From Patescibacteria group bacterium (GTDB lineage Bacteria > Patescibacteriota > Minisyncoccia > JAHIHE01), in NCBI GenBank assembly GCA_018896765.1, contig JAHILZ010000016.1, positions 1-61,634 of the forward strand: a DNA stretch of 61,634 bases, in the 5' to 3' direction. This document shows positions 28,723 through 38,249 of the stretch, piece by piece (within the stretch, counting starts at the first letter, position 1; each line of letters begins with the position of its first letter). The position numbers were made by a program, and so were the translations under genes. Below the pieces are notes generated by a model. It saw nothing but the letters and a program-made list of their open reading frames with translations. It did no database searches and was not told the origin of the DNA.

Positions 28723-29322
28723 TCATTTTTTTGATATCGCGCTATCAAACCTCCGAGAGACAATTTTCCAATCGATAATTTTGATAAAAGCTTCGATGTA
28801 ATCGGCTTTTTTTATTCCATAATCGAGCATATAAGCATGTTCAAAAACATCCATGATTAAAATCGGTTTCAGTCCGGCCAAATGACCGTGGTCATGCTCA
28901 TTTATCCAAATATTAAGCAGTCTTTTCGCGCTTGGTTCGTAATAGGCGATCGTCCAGCCGACTCCGCGCATTGCGCCGGTAGCTTTGAAATTTTTTTCCC
29001 AAGTTTCCAGCGAGCCGAAATTTTCCGCGGCTTTTTTGGCGAACGGAGAATTTTTATCCAAAGGCGAGCTATTTTTTGCCAAATTTTCAAAATACAATTC
29101 ATGAAGCCGCATGCCGTTCCACTCCCAGCCGAACCGTCGCTTCATTTCTGCGAATTCCGGAGTCGCGAGATCGCCGGTTTTCGTCAATTCCAGCAATTTT
29201 TCCAAAAGTTTATTGGTATTGGCAATATAACCCTGATAAAGCGTAAAATGCGTTTTTAGCAAGTTTTCGCTTAACCCTTCAATACCTAAAAGATGTTCGA
29301 AATTTTTCGCTTCATAAGCCAT
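28723..29322 (-). CDS. Fe/Mn superoxide dismutase
   Basis: Fe/Mn SOD signature DVFEHAYMLDY plus N-terminal His ligand regions. Confidence 0.9.
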   Translation of the reverse strand: MAYEAKNFEHLLGIEGLSENLLKTHFTLYQGYIANTNKLLEKLLELTKTGDLATPEFAEMKRRFGWEWNGMRLHELYFENLAKNSSPLDKNSPFAKKAAENFGSLETWEKNFKATGAMRGVGWTIAYYEPSAKRLLNIWINEHDHGHLAGLKPILIMDVFEHAYMLDYGIKKADYIEAFIKIIDWKIVSRRFDSAISKK

Positions 29323-29481
29323 ATATTTTGTTTCCTTTCCGTAATTACAATTAATTATACAGCAATTATATTATAAATACAAAAGGTGAATAAAAAATGA
29401 AGAAAAGACTGGCGTGCGTTTTTAATTTTACTGAATTTATGCTATAATATTAAAATGTTTTAATATTAATTATTTTCAAAT

Positions 29482-29859
29482 ATGCCAAGCATTCAAGAAT
29501 CATTTGATCGCATTAATCAGATAAAAAAAGAGCAAAAAAACGCCAAAGGCGCCTATAGAGACGCTTTGGAAAATTCGGATAATCATCGAAAAATTTCGGA
29601 AGAAATGAAATCTTTAAGAGAGAAGAAAAAGCAAATCGAAACTATTATCCAAAAAGATTTGGGCGATATGTACCAAAAAATCGAGGATTTGGATCTTGAA
29701 CTCAAAGGGCAGAAAGAAATGATCGGCGATATTGCGATCGCGTCTTTAATGAAAGGGAACACGGTGGAAGTGAAAGATGAATACGGCAATTTTTACGAGC
29801 CGGTATGGTCGGTGAAATTCAAGAAAAATGAAAGCAAACATCCGGAAGGTGAATTATAA
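29482..29859 (+). CDS. hypothetical coiled-coil protein
   Basis: 125-aa charged helical ORF. No family recognised. Confidence 0.45.
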   Translation: MPSIQESFDRINQIKKEQKNAKGAYRDALENSDNHRKISEEMKSLREKKKQIETIIQKDLGDMYQKIEDLDLELKGQKEMIGDIAIASLMKGNTVEVKDEYGNFYEPVWSVKFKKNESKHPEGEL

Positions 29860-29938
29860 AATAATAAATAAATGAAATTAAAAGACAACATGGAATTTCA
29901 GTTGTTTTTTTAATTTAAAATATAATCGTATAAGGCGT

Positions 29939-30370
29939 CTAATTTTTAAGTATTTCGAAATCAATTTTTTTACCGTGGCAGTCTTTGAGTTCCGCCCAGA
30001 CTAAAACAATTTTGATATTTGGATATTTTTTCAAAATCGCGCTCTGCGATTTTTTCATATCTTCGATTTGTTTTTCTTTTTCTTCGGATGGAGAGTTGAA
30101 ACGGTAGCTTTGGGCATAAGCGCCGCAATCGCTATGGTGGCAAATTATAACTTTTTCCGCCTGGTGAAGTTCGGTGGAAACCGCAACATTGCTAAGAAGA
30201 TTATTTTTTAATTCTTCGCTGCCATCGGCAAGCACTTTGCTCGATCCGGCCAAAGAAATTACATCATGTCCGCCTTCAAAAAGGCCGGATTTATCAACCC
30301 ATTCATCTATCGCATTATTTAGTCTGAAATCCATACAACGGATCAATAAATTTTTACAAGTGTGAGACAT
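29939..30370 (-). CDS. small beta-carbonic-anhydrase-like metal-site protein
   Basis: CxDxR (RCMDFRL) and HxxCG (HHSDCGAY) signatures. Start moved to the Met at 30370 because upstream codons are repeat DNA. Confidence 0.45.
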   Translation of the reverse strand: MSHTCKNLLIRCMDFRLNNAIDEWVDKSGLFEGGHDVISLAGSSKVLADGSEELKNNLLSNVAVSTELHQAEKVIICHHSDCGAYAQSYRFNSPSEEKEKQIEDMKKSQSAILKKYPNIKIVLVWAELKDCHGKKIDFEILKN

Positions 30371-30479
30371 ATAAAAATAAGTTAAAAGTTTAAAGTAGAA
30401 AGTAAAAAGTTTTAGAAAACAATACAAGTATAGGAAATTTTCAGCAAAATGTCAAAAAAAATAGGGACAAGCCCTATGT

Positions 30480-31070
30480 TTAAAAATCAAGCATTATTGG
30501 TGGTGGGTGCTGCTCATTAGAGCGAGGCGGGAAAATTATACCTCTAATGGGTAAGTTATATGACCCGAAGTACTTTTCTGCAAGCGGCATTGCTCTTTCT
30601 ATATATTCGACAAGAGCTTCGGTTTCTTCGACTTCATTTTTAAAAGAATTTCCTTTCTTAGCAATCCATTTGCAATTTCCATGGACTGATAATAAAATTT
30701 CTTCTATAGAAGTTGAAAAAATTTTAAGCCGTTCTTTTGTTTGATATGCTACGCTTCGAATCCTGTGCTTGTCAGTTTCTATAAAGACAAATGCTCCGCC
30801 TAAAGACGGGACAATGCTTGGACTTTTAAAATTAAGACTGAACATTGCTCTCTTGTAAGCTTCTTTAAAACCTTGGTCTGGACATTCTATGACCAGAACA
30901 TCCGGAGTTCGTTTAGAAGCCGGGCAAGATGCATTTTGCAATATTCTTCTTGTTGATTTTTTTCTTTCTTCCTGAATTTTAATCCTCTCCTTCTGTTTAT
31001 TTGATAGCTTGATTCGTTTATTTTTAATTCTAATTACTCCATTATTAGAATTAAAAATAAAAAAAGCCAT
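30480..31070 (-). CDS. hypothetical protein, distant paralogue of 29939-30370
   Basis: Same motif order in degenerate form (IECPDQG ... SLGG ... VHGNCKW), after a basic N-terminal extension. Confidence 0.4.
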   Translation of the reverse strand: MAFFIFNSNNGVIRIKNKRIKLSNKQKERIKIQEERKKSTRRILQNASCPASKRTPDVLVIECPDQGFKEAYKRAMFSLNFKSPSIVPSLGGAFVFIETDKHRIRSVAYQTKERLKIFSTSIEEILLSVHGNCKWIAKKGNSFKNEVEETEALVEYIERAMPLAEKYFGSYNLPIRGIIFPPRSNEQHPPPIMLDF

Positions 31071-31252
31071 CTTTAATGCGCTGTTATTATTATAATATCA
31101 TTTTTAAATTTGTCAAGGGTGGCAGGTCACTATTTTTTTATTTTAAATTTTGCAGGTCTGATTTTATAACAAAGCAATGTGGTTTTTGTTTCTAAATAAG
31201 TCTTGATTTAGCGGGAAATATAAGGTATAATGTAAAAATAAGAAATAAATTT

Positions 31253-31328
31253 GCCGAAGTAGCTCAGTTGGTAGAGCAATGCTTTCGTAAAGCAGAGGTC
31301 GCGAGTTCGACTCTCGCCTTCGGCTCCA
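31253..31328 (+). tRNA. tRNA-Thr (anticodon CGU)
   Basis: Acceptor gccgaag/cttcggc, anticodon loop ttCGTaa, T-loop ttcgact. CCA is encoded. Confidence 0.85.
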
Positions 31329-31367
31329 GAAAATTAATTTTTAAATAATTAATTAACAAATAAAACT

Positions 31368-31793
31368 ATGGAAAAACCAAATGTAAGAGTTTTGTATCTT
31401 TACGCGTTCGCATTGGTCGGGTTGGCGTTGGTGGTCTCCGGATCTGTTCGGCTTCTGGACTTAGGTCTTAAAATGTATGTTTTTAAAAAAGCGGATCAGC
31501 CGCAAGATTATAGAAATATGCCGCCCTATCCGCCGATTACGATCAATCAAAAAACAGACGAAGTGAAATATTCAGAAACGATAACTCCGGAGCAGAAAAT
31601 TGCGCTTGATAACTGGATTACGGAGTTCAAATATTGGAACGAAAATCAAAAAAATATTGACTATCTCGCGAGCAGCCGCCAGAGCACTGCGTCAAACTCT
31701 TTCGCGATGATCTTGATCGGTTTGCCGCTTTATCTTTATCATTGGAGGATCGTGAGAAAAGAGGCGAGAGAGAATAACAATAATATCCAATAA
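31368..31793 (+). CDS. hypothetical membrane protein
   Basis: Two TM helices flanking a soluble loop. Confidence 0.45.
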   Translation: MEKPNVRVLYLYAFALVGLALVVSGSVRLLDLGLKMYVFKKADQPQDYRNMPPYPPITINQKTDEVKYSETITPEQKIALDNWITEFKYWNENQKNIDYLASSRQSTASNSFAMILIGLPLYLYHWRIVRKEARENNNNIQ

Positions 31794-31885
31794 ATTTTTA
31801 GATATACTGAGAAGAAACGAATATGGCGATATTGTTAAATTTTACGTCTTGTGTTAGCATTTTGATATATAAATTAAGGTAAATT

Positions 31886-32536
31886 ATGATCAGCGATAAA
31901 ATATCATCATCAAAAATAATATTAGCCATAGTTGTTTTGGCTGCTTTGGGCGCAATAGCTTATTCTGTCGCGCTTAAAAAAGTTCCGCCGGTTGCAGTTC
32001 AGCCGACGGTTAGTCCGATAATAACGCCACAACCGACAGCAATGGAGCCGACATTAACACCGACGCCTGTTATAACAACAGAGCCGACACCCAATATTGA
32101 TATTTCCGACTGGAAGATTTACAGGAATGATAAATATGGGTTTGAAATAAAATATCCAAGTGGTTGGATAGTTAGAGAAGAAACGGAGTTTGACTTGTCT
32201 AAATTAGGAAATGATAACATTATTAAAGCATCCGGTACAGAATTTTGGCTAGGGCTTGGGACTAAAAATCCACCAGCGGAATTTTTTTCATTACAGGTTA
32301 TGAATAAAAGTATTGATGAAGCGATAGCTTTTGATTGGACTTCTTTTGGTAAAAGAACAGGCAAGTCTATAATTATTGGCGGCACAGAAGGGGAAAAATT
32401 AAATGGCGCTTTTTATGGAACAGAATACGTTTTTTATAACGGAAAAACATATTTTTTTAAGCAGTTTGATTCTATTGATGAAACAGATTGGGAGAAATAC
32501 GATAGAGTTATTTCAACATTTAAATTTATAAAATAA
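31886..32536 (+). CDS. hypothetical membrane-anchored secreted protein
   Basis: N-terminal anchor, a Pro/Thr-rich linker, then a globular domain. Confidence 0.45.
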   Translation: MISDKISSSKIILAIVVLAALGAIAYSVALKKVPPVAVQPTVSPIITPQPTAMEPTLTPTPVITTEPTPNIDISDWKIYRNDKYGFEIKYPSGWIVREETEFDLSKLGNDNIIKASGTEFWLGLGTKNPPAEFFSLQVMNKSIDEAIAFDWTSFGKRTGKSIIIGGTEGEKLNGAFYGTEYVFYNGKTYFFKQFDSIDETDWEKYDRVISTFKFIK

Positions 32537-32772
32537 GTTTCATTCGCTATTAAGTTCTATCGACTAAAAAAAACGAGTATTTTCTCGTTTTTTTATAATT
32601 TTGTTGACAAAATAAGGGTTTGTGATATGATTTTAGTATTGCTTTAAACAAAAAGCGACAAATAGGAGTACAGGTAAAAATGCACACTACAAAAGAAATC
32701 AAAAAAACGGAAATCCTACGGGGTTTCAAGGCATCAATGGATGAACAAACAGACAAGACAGGAGTGATGTAA

Positions 32773-33762
32773 ATGCTAGGAAAGAAAATAATCGAAAAGA
32801 TATCTGTAATAATGGCTATGGCTTTGCTGACTTTAGTATTAACCTCAGGTGTAGCAGTGGCAGTAGATAAAAATGACGGAGATGTTATTGGTGAATATAA
32901 AACTGTAGTTGCTTTGTCAAATGGAGCAAATTGGGGAACTGAATATGGACTGCTAGAGTATCAATGTGTTGCTTATGCAAAACGTTTCTACACCAAGTTA
33001 TTGGATACGAGCAAATGGACAGGACTTGCTTCTGCTTATCAGTATTATACAAATGCTGAAGCAAGGGGACTAACGCCTTATCCTAACGGCGGATCTATGT
33101 CGCCTCAGCCAGATGATATTCTCAGTTTTAGAGGTGGTACAAATGGCCATGTGGCGATAATTACAGAAGTAGGTGAAAACTATGTTAATGTCATTGAGCA
33201 AAACGTGAAAAGAAATGATGCAATGGGTCCTCCTAATCATCAAATTCCATACAATAAAGCCACAAACATGATTGGCGATGAAAATGGACTTAGGACTGAT
33301 ATTGGGCTCTATGTTCAAGGCTGGATTCGCAAAGATGCTTGGTCATTTAATGATGGCAAGATGGATAATCTTAATATGGCCGAACGCTGGGAAGCTCACT
33401 ATGTCGAATCTTCCTCAGTCGGCACCGACGGAAAATATCGTATCGATCCGGGAATTGATCCGTGGATACAGCACGACGGACTTTCCCTCGATTCAAACAA
33501 TTATAATGCCATAGAAATTAATATGGCCTCGAATGCGCCGGACGGAATGGGAAAGATATATTTTACGACATCAGGCTCGTCTACCTACGACGAAAATAAG
33601 CACATAGATTTCTATGCGACCAATGACGGCAACTGGCGAACCTATACCGTCTATATGAAAAATCACCCTTGGTGGTCTGGCACGATAATCGGCATCAGAA
33701 TAGATCCGGCCACTACAGGAAAACCTGGAACAGACAATACGGATATTATCGGTTTTGACTGA
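32773..33762 (+). CDS. CHAP-domain (cysteine/histidine amidohydrolase) secreted protein, N-part of a split gene
   Basis: Signal peptide, catalytic Cys context EYQCVAYAKRFY and His context NGHVAIITEV. Ends at a TGA that is in frame with the next ORF. Confidence 0.65.
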   Translation: MLGKKIIEKISVIMAMALLTLVLTSGVAVAVDKNDGDVIGEYKTVVALSNGANWGTEYGLLEYQCVAYAKRFYTKLLDTSKWTGLASAYQYYTNAEARGLTPYPNGGSMSPQPDDILSFRGGTNGHVAIITEVGENYVNVIEQNVKRNDAMGPPNHQIPYNKATNMIGDENGLRTDIGLYVQGWIRKDAWSFNDGKMDNLNMAERWEAHYVESSSVGTDGKYRIDPGIDPWIQHDGLSLDSNNYNAIEINMASNAPDGMGKIYFTTSGSSTYDENKHIDFYATNDGNWRTYTVYMKNHPWWSGTIIGIRIDPATTGKPGTDNTDIIGFD

Positions 33763-33846
33763 ATCAAGGTCATCAAAACTGACAAGAAGCCAAGAATCGT
33801 TTCGGTAACAACTGACTCTTCAGTCTATTTTCCAGGGAGTACAACC

Positions 33847-34995
33847 GTGATCTTTAATTATCTGATCAATAATCCGTTTGATAATCAGATAACCGATACC
33901 AAGCTTTATGCCGCGCTTCAGCCTTCAGGTTCAGGTACGAGTAATGGATGGGTGACAGATAATTATTGGGTATATAATAATTATCCGACGACGCTCTATA
34001 GCGGGAGAACATATGGATACGAAAAACGATATCGTTTGTCGGAATCATTCCCATTCGTTGAGGGAAGCTTTGACGCCTATTTGCGGATTTATAACGAAAA
34101 CACCAATGAAGAGTATGACTATAAATATTTGTTGCCTGCTTTCACGGTAAGTTCAAGCATTACGCCAACACCGACTTCAACGCCGACAGTCTTGCCGACA
34201 TCCACCGCGGTAACTCCCATGCCGACGATACCGGAATCGACAGCAACGCCAATGCCAACATTGAACCCAATACCGACGAGCACACCGACACCTCCGCCTT
34301 ATGAAGCGATATACGAAAAATCGGTAGTGACCAATGGCACAGCCAATTCGCCGAACTGGTGGCTGGAAAATGGTTTCAGGAGAAAAGTCGCGGACGACGC
34401 AACCCTCCAAAGCATCTTTAGCTCGAATGGAAACAAATATTGGATCTTCAGCGACAGCGATATAAACAAGATACTCCAAGGATTAGATATATTGATATCG
34501 CCGCCATCAACCCCAACTCCGACGCCCACTGTAGTACCGACTAGCACTCAACCGCCCACTCCGCCGCCGGAAGCAACACCGTTACCAACGCCAACTCCGA
34601 CAATTCCACCACTAAGCACAGCTTCGCCGATACCGGCCGATGTTTTCAGTCAGGAAGGTGAGAATTATTTGAAAGCTTTGGCTGACGCTTTTATCGCGGA
34701 AAACAAAACTTACGAAGAGTTCAAGCTGTATGTGCTCAATGGAACAACTCAAGACAAAGCTCTGGTAGAGATAGTTCTGGAACAAGTGATCAAACAAAGA
34801 TTTCCTGTGCTAGTATCGAATCCGGTTGCAAAGATCGATTTTAACAGTGATGGCATCATAACTTCGGAAGATCTAATAATAGTCGCAAGCTATTTCGGAG
34901 AAATGAACCAAACGTTATATTCACGCTATGACGTAAACCAAGACAACGCAATAGATATTTACGACCTAGTGCTTGTCAGTATTAATATCGAATGA
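33847..34995 (+). CDS. Pro/Thr-linker surface protein with C-terminal dockerin-like repeats, C-part of the split gene
   Basis: DFNSDGIITSEDLIIV and YDVNQDNAIDIYDLVLV are paired EF-hand-like dockerin repeats. Long TP-rich linkers. Confidence 0.55.
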   Translation: MIFNYLINNPFDNQITDTKLYAALQPSGSGTSNGWVTDNYWVYNNYPTTLYSGRTYGYEKRYRLSESFPFVEGSFDAYLRIYNENTNEEYDYKYLLPAFTVSSSITPTPTSTPTVLPTSTAVTPMPTIPESTATPMPTLNPIPTSTPTPPPYEAIYEKSVVTNGTANSPNWWLENGFRRKVADDATLQSIFSSNGNKYWIFSDSDINKILQGLDILISPPSTPTPTPTVVPTSTQPPTPPPEATPLPTPTPTIPPLSTASPIPADVFSQEGENYLKALADAFIAENKTYEEFKLYVLNGTTQDKALVEIVLEQVIKQRFPVLVSNPVAKIDFNSDGIITSEDLIIVASYFGEMNQTLYSRYDVNQDNAIDIYDLVLVSINIE

Positions 34996-35004
34996 ACAAA
35001 TTTT

Positions 35005-35035
35005 ACCAGATTTAATTTTTACTCTGGTTTTTTTA
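35005..35035 (+). terminator. intrinsic terminator
   Basis: accaga / tctggt stem followed by ttttttt. Confidence 0.55.
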
Positions 35036-35067
35036 TTTATAGCTTTATTTCCCTATTTTATTTTTTG

Positions 35068-35076
35068 TGGTATAAT
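35068..35076 (+). promoter_or_regulatory. extended -10 promoter upstream of prfB
   Basis: TGgTATAAT. It implies a 5' leader of about 140 nt. Confidence 0.4.
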
Positions 35077-35221
35077 CATATTGTTTTGAAGATCAGTGGT
35101 TTATTGAATTTAGCTAGAGAGCTCGCCTCGGTTCGAGTCGCCCGCCTAGACTTTTACCTTGATTCAATTTGATTGAAGCGGGCGATGATCTAGTCGAGGC
35201 TGGAAGCGGGAAAGCACATAT

Positions 35222-36319
35222 ATGGAAGAAATTTTATCTCAGATTAAGGCATTTCAAAAAAGACTTGGCGATTTGGCGATTATTCTTAATCTTCCTAAAC
35301 TAAAAGCGGAAATCGTCGGATTAGGATTGGATACGGAGGATCAGGGTTTTTGGCAAGACCAGGCAAAAGCGAAAGAAACATTGAAAAAAATCGAATTTTA
35401 TAAAAAAGAAATAAGCGGTTTTGAAAATTTAAAAACAGAGCTCGGAGAGCTTGAAGAGTTGGTCGGCTTGATCAAAGAAACGCCGGATAAAGATTTGGAA
35501 AAAGATATCAAAAAACGTTTCGTGAGCGTTCAAAAAGAATTTCAAGCTTTTGAATTTAAGACATTGTTCAAAGAAAAATACGATCCTTCCTCGGCGATTA
35601 TGGCGATTCACGCCGGCGCCGGAGGGTCGGACGCGCAGGATTGGGCCGAAATACTGACCAGGATGTATTTGAGATTTTTTGAAAAAATGGGCTTCCGCGC
35701 GAAAATTATTGACGAAAGCAAGGGAAAAGAAGCGGGGATTAAAAGCGCGGTAATTGATGTTAGCGGATCTTATGCTTATGGATATTTGCGTTCTGAGGCC
35801 GGAGTGCATCGCTTGGTGCGAATTTCTCCTTTTAACGCGGACGCGTTGCGGCATACATCGTTTGCTCTGGTTGAAGTTTTGCCGGAAATCGGAGAAATCG
35901 CGGAAGTAAAAATCGATCCCAAAGATCTTAAAATAGATACATTTAAATCTTCCGGTCCGGGCGGACAGTATGTAAATAAAACTGAATCGGCGATTCGGCT
36001 TACGCATATTCCCAGCGGTTTGGCAGTTGCTTCACAAAGCGAGAGAAGCCAGGCGCAGAACAGAGAAGTGGCTATGAAAATCTTGCGCGCCAAATTACAC
36101 CAAAAATATCTGGAGGACCGGCAGGCGGAAAAGAAAAAAATTCGCGGAGAGTTTAAATCCGCTGAGTGGGGAAATCAGATTCGAAGCTATGTTTTGCATC
36201 CTTATAAAATGGTTAAGGATCATCGCACCGGATATGAAACATCAAATGCCGAACGCGTTCTTGACGGTGATATAATAGATTTTATCGAATCGTATCTAAG
36301 AAAGAGCGGTAAAAAATAA
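35222..36319 (+). CDS. prfB: peptide chain release factor 2 (single uninterrupted frame)
   Basis: SPF tripeptide (RISPFNA) and GGQ (SGPGGQ). There is no internal in-frame stop or +1 frameshift site. Confidence 0.9.
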   Translation: MEEILSQIKAFQKRLGDLAIILNLPKLKAEIVGLGLDTEDQGFWQDQAKAKETLKKIEFYKKEISGFENLKTELGELEELVGLIKETPDKDLEKDIKKRFVSVQKEFQAFEFKTLFKEKYDPSSAIMAIHAGAGGSDAQDWAEILTRMYLRFFEKMGFRAKIIDESKGKEAGIKSAVIDVSGSYAYGYLRSEAGVHRLVRISPFNADALRHTSFALVEVLPEIGEIAEVKIDPKDLKIDTFKSSGPGGQYVNKTESAIRLTHIPSGLAVASQSERSQAQNREVAMKILRAKLHQKYLEDRQAEKKKIRGEFKSAEWGNQIRSYVLHPYKMVKDHRTGYETSNAERVLDGDIIDFIESYLRKSGKK

Positions 36320-36321
36320 GC

Positions 36322-36402
36322 GGGTAGGTTGTAGTGAGTAATTTGTAGTATTAATTTCTACCCACTACTCACTACTCACTACTCACTACTCACTACTCAC
36401 TA
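36322..36402. repeat. intergenic hairpin; 3' arm is tactcac x6
   Basis: ggtaggttgtagtgagtaatttgtag faces ctacccactactcactactcac... It fills the whole prfB-ftsE spacer. Confidence 0.65.
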
Positions 36403-36406
36403 ACTT

Positions 36407-37090
36407 ATGATTATTTTTCAAGCGGTTAGCAAGAATTATATAAATAATATTTCATCCCTTGAGGATATTAATCTCGTGATTAATCGCGGGGAGTTTGTTT
36501 CAATTGTCGGCCAATCCGGGGCGGGAAAAACCACGCTTCTTAAATTGATGATTATGGAAGAAAAGCCGACAAAAGGAGAGATTTTTTTTGACAAGCTAAT
36601 GCTAAGCAAAATCAAAAAATCTTCTTTGCCGACATTGAGGCGCAATATCGGGATGGTTTTTCAAGATTTTAAATTGATAAATACGAAGACCGTATTTGAA
36701 AATGTGGCGTTTGTGCTGGAGGTTCTCGGCAAAACGCAAATAGAAATAAACAAAAGCGTTACAGCGGCTCTCGATATTGTCGGCATAAAAGATAAAGATA
36801 GCTGTTTTCCCTATCAATTGTCAGGAGGCGAACAGCAAAGAGTGGCGATTGCCAGGGCGATTGTCCATCATCCGATTATTTTGATTGTTGATGAACCGAC
36901 AGGAAATCTCGACTTGCTGAATGGATGGGAAATAGTTAAACTTTTAGTTAAAATTAACGAACTTGGAACGACTGTTATTCTTGCTACGCATAATCGGGAG
37001 ATAGTAAATTCTTTGAATAAGCGAGTGGTTACTTTGGATAAAGGAAGAATTGTGCAAGATCAAGCGACAAACGGGAAATACATTATCTAA
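36407..37090 (+). CDS. ftsE: cell division ATP-binding protein FtsE
   Basis: Walker A GQSGAGKTT, LSGGEQQR, Walker B IVDEPTGNLD. Followed by ftsX. Confidence 0.85.
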   Translation: MIIFQAVSKNYINNISSLEDINLVINRGEFVSIVGQSGAGKTTLLKLMIMEEKPTKGEIFFDKLMLSKIKKSSLPTLRRNIGMVFQDFKLINTKTVFENVAFVLEVLGKTQIEINKSVTAALDIVGIKDKDSCFPYQLSGGEQQRVAIARAIVHHPIILIVDEPTGNLDLLNGWEIVKLLVKINELGTTVILATHNREIVNSLNKRVVTLDKGRIVQDQATNGKYII

Positions 37091-37153
37091 TCCATTTTAA
37101 CATATTAACATTTTAATCCCGAGCACTCGGGACTAAAATGCTAGAATGATTTT

Positions 37154-38095
37154 ATGTTTCTTACGAAATTAAAAAGAATTTTTAAAACAGCCATTGTTAA
37201 TTTTTGGCGCAACGGTTCTATAAATATCGCTACGACCGGCATTATGACCGTCACTCTTTTGTCGATTAGCATTTTAGTTATTTTGACATTCTTGGGAAAT
37301 AGCTTGATTGAAAATTTTAAAACCAAAATCGATATCAGCGTTTATTTTTTTTCTGAAGCTTCGGAGGAAGATATTTTAAAAGTCAGGGATGAAGTAGTTG
37401 CTTTGCCGGAGGTCCGGGAGATTTTGTATATTTCAAAAGAACAAGCTTGGGAGCGCTTTAAGGTTCAATATTCCGATAATCCCGTTATCAGCCAAGGCAT
37501 TGGAGAGCTGGATGAAAATCCGCTTTTTGCCACATTAAGCATTAAGGCAAAAAATATGGATCAATATTCAAAAATTAACGAATTTCTGTCCAATGCGCGT
37601 TTTAAAGATACAATTCAAAAAGTCAGTTTTGATGATAATAAGACACAGATTGCCAAGTTATCATTAATTACTAAAACTGCTCAAAAAGACGGGGCGATAG
37701 TTATTTTAGTTTTTGTTATTATTTCGCTTTTCGTAATTTTTAACGCCGTCAGGCTCACAATGTACAATTATAAGCAAGAGGTAAAAATTATGAATTTAGT
37801 GGGAGCGGGAAAGTGGTATATTCAGCTTCCTTTTATAATTGAGGGGGCTCTTTATGGCATAATAGGAAGTATTTTTTCCATATCAATTCTCGCGGGCATG
37901 ATTTTTTTGACTAAAGACGCGCAGAATATTGAAAGCTTTCTTTATGGCGGTTCATCGGCGGGGGTTTTTAAGGGTTCGTTAACCGAATATTTCAAGAATA
38001 ATTTTTTGCTTATTTTTGGGGTACAGCTTGCGGCGGGTATTTTTATTGGCGTTTTGAGCAGTTTGATTGCCATTAGGAAATATATGAAAATATAA
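37154..38095 (+). CDS. ftsX: cell division permease FtsX
   Basis: FtsX topology: one TM helix, a periplasmic domain, then three TM helices. Operon partner of ftsE. Confidence 0.8.
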   Translation: MFLTKLKRIFKTAIVNFWRNGSINIATTGIMTVTLLSISILVILTFLGNSLIENFKTKIDISVYFFSEASEEDILKVRDEVVALPEVREILYISKEQAWERFKVQYSDNPVISQGIGELDENPLFATLSIKAKNMDQYSKINEFLSNARFKDTIQKVSFDDNKTQIAKLSLITKTAQKDGAIVILVFVIISLFVIFNAVRLTMYNYKQEVKIMNLVGAGKWYIQLPFIIEGALYGIIGSIFSISILAGMIFLTKDAQNIESFLYGGSSAGVFKGSLTEYFKNNFLLIFGVQLAAGIFIGVLSSLIAIRKYMKI

Positions 38096-38120
38096 AACCA
38101 TGAAGAAAATTTATATTTAT

Positions 38121-38172
38121 CAATTTTTCCCGCTATGCGGGATCCCGATGAGGCGGGACAATGAATTTTCAA
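38121..38172. repeat. dispersed double-hairpin element, copy B
   Basis: caatttttcccgctatgcgggatcccgatgaggcgggacaatgaattttcaa. See copy A. Confidence 0.7.
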
Positions 38173-38249
38173 TTCCCAATGAAATAATTTTCAAACGAAT
38201 TAAAAAAACTCTCCTGAAAAGCGAGTTTTTTATTTTTCATGTAACTAAT

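Noticed and set aside
33760-33762. Genome-wide UGA reassignment (code 25 or 4), as in some candidate phyla.
   Set aside because: Conserved genes end cleanly at TGA (for example 7619-7621, 14494-14496, 23615-23617). I saw no in-frame TGA inside conserved enzymes, so standard code 11 fits.
35100-35221. SRP (4.5S) RNA, because of a GGAAGC segment.
   Set aside because: The helix-8 consensus (GGAA tetraloop closing a conserved stem with an AGCA internal loop) cannot be formed. It is more likely a prfB leader structure.
35222-35300. Programmed +1 frameshift site in prfB.
   Set aside because: The RF2 frame is continuous from the ATG, with no early in-frame stop or CUU-UGA-type site.
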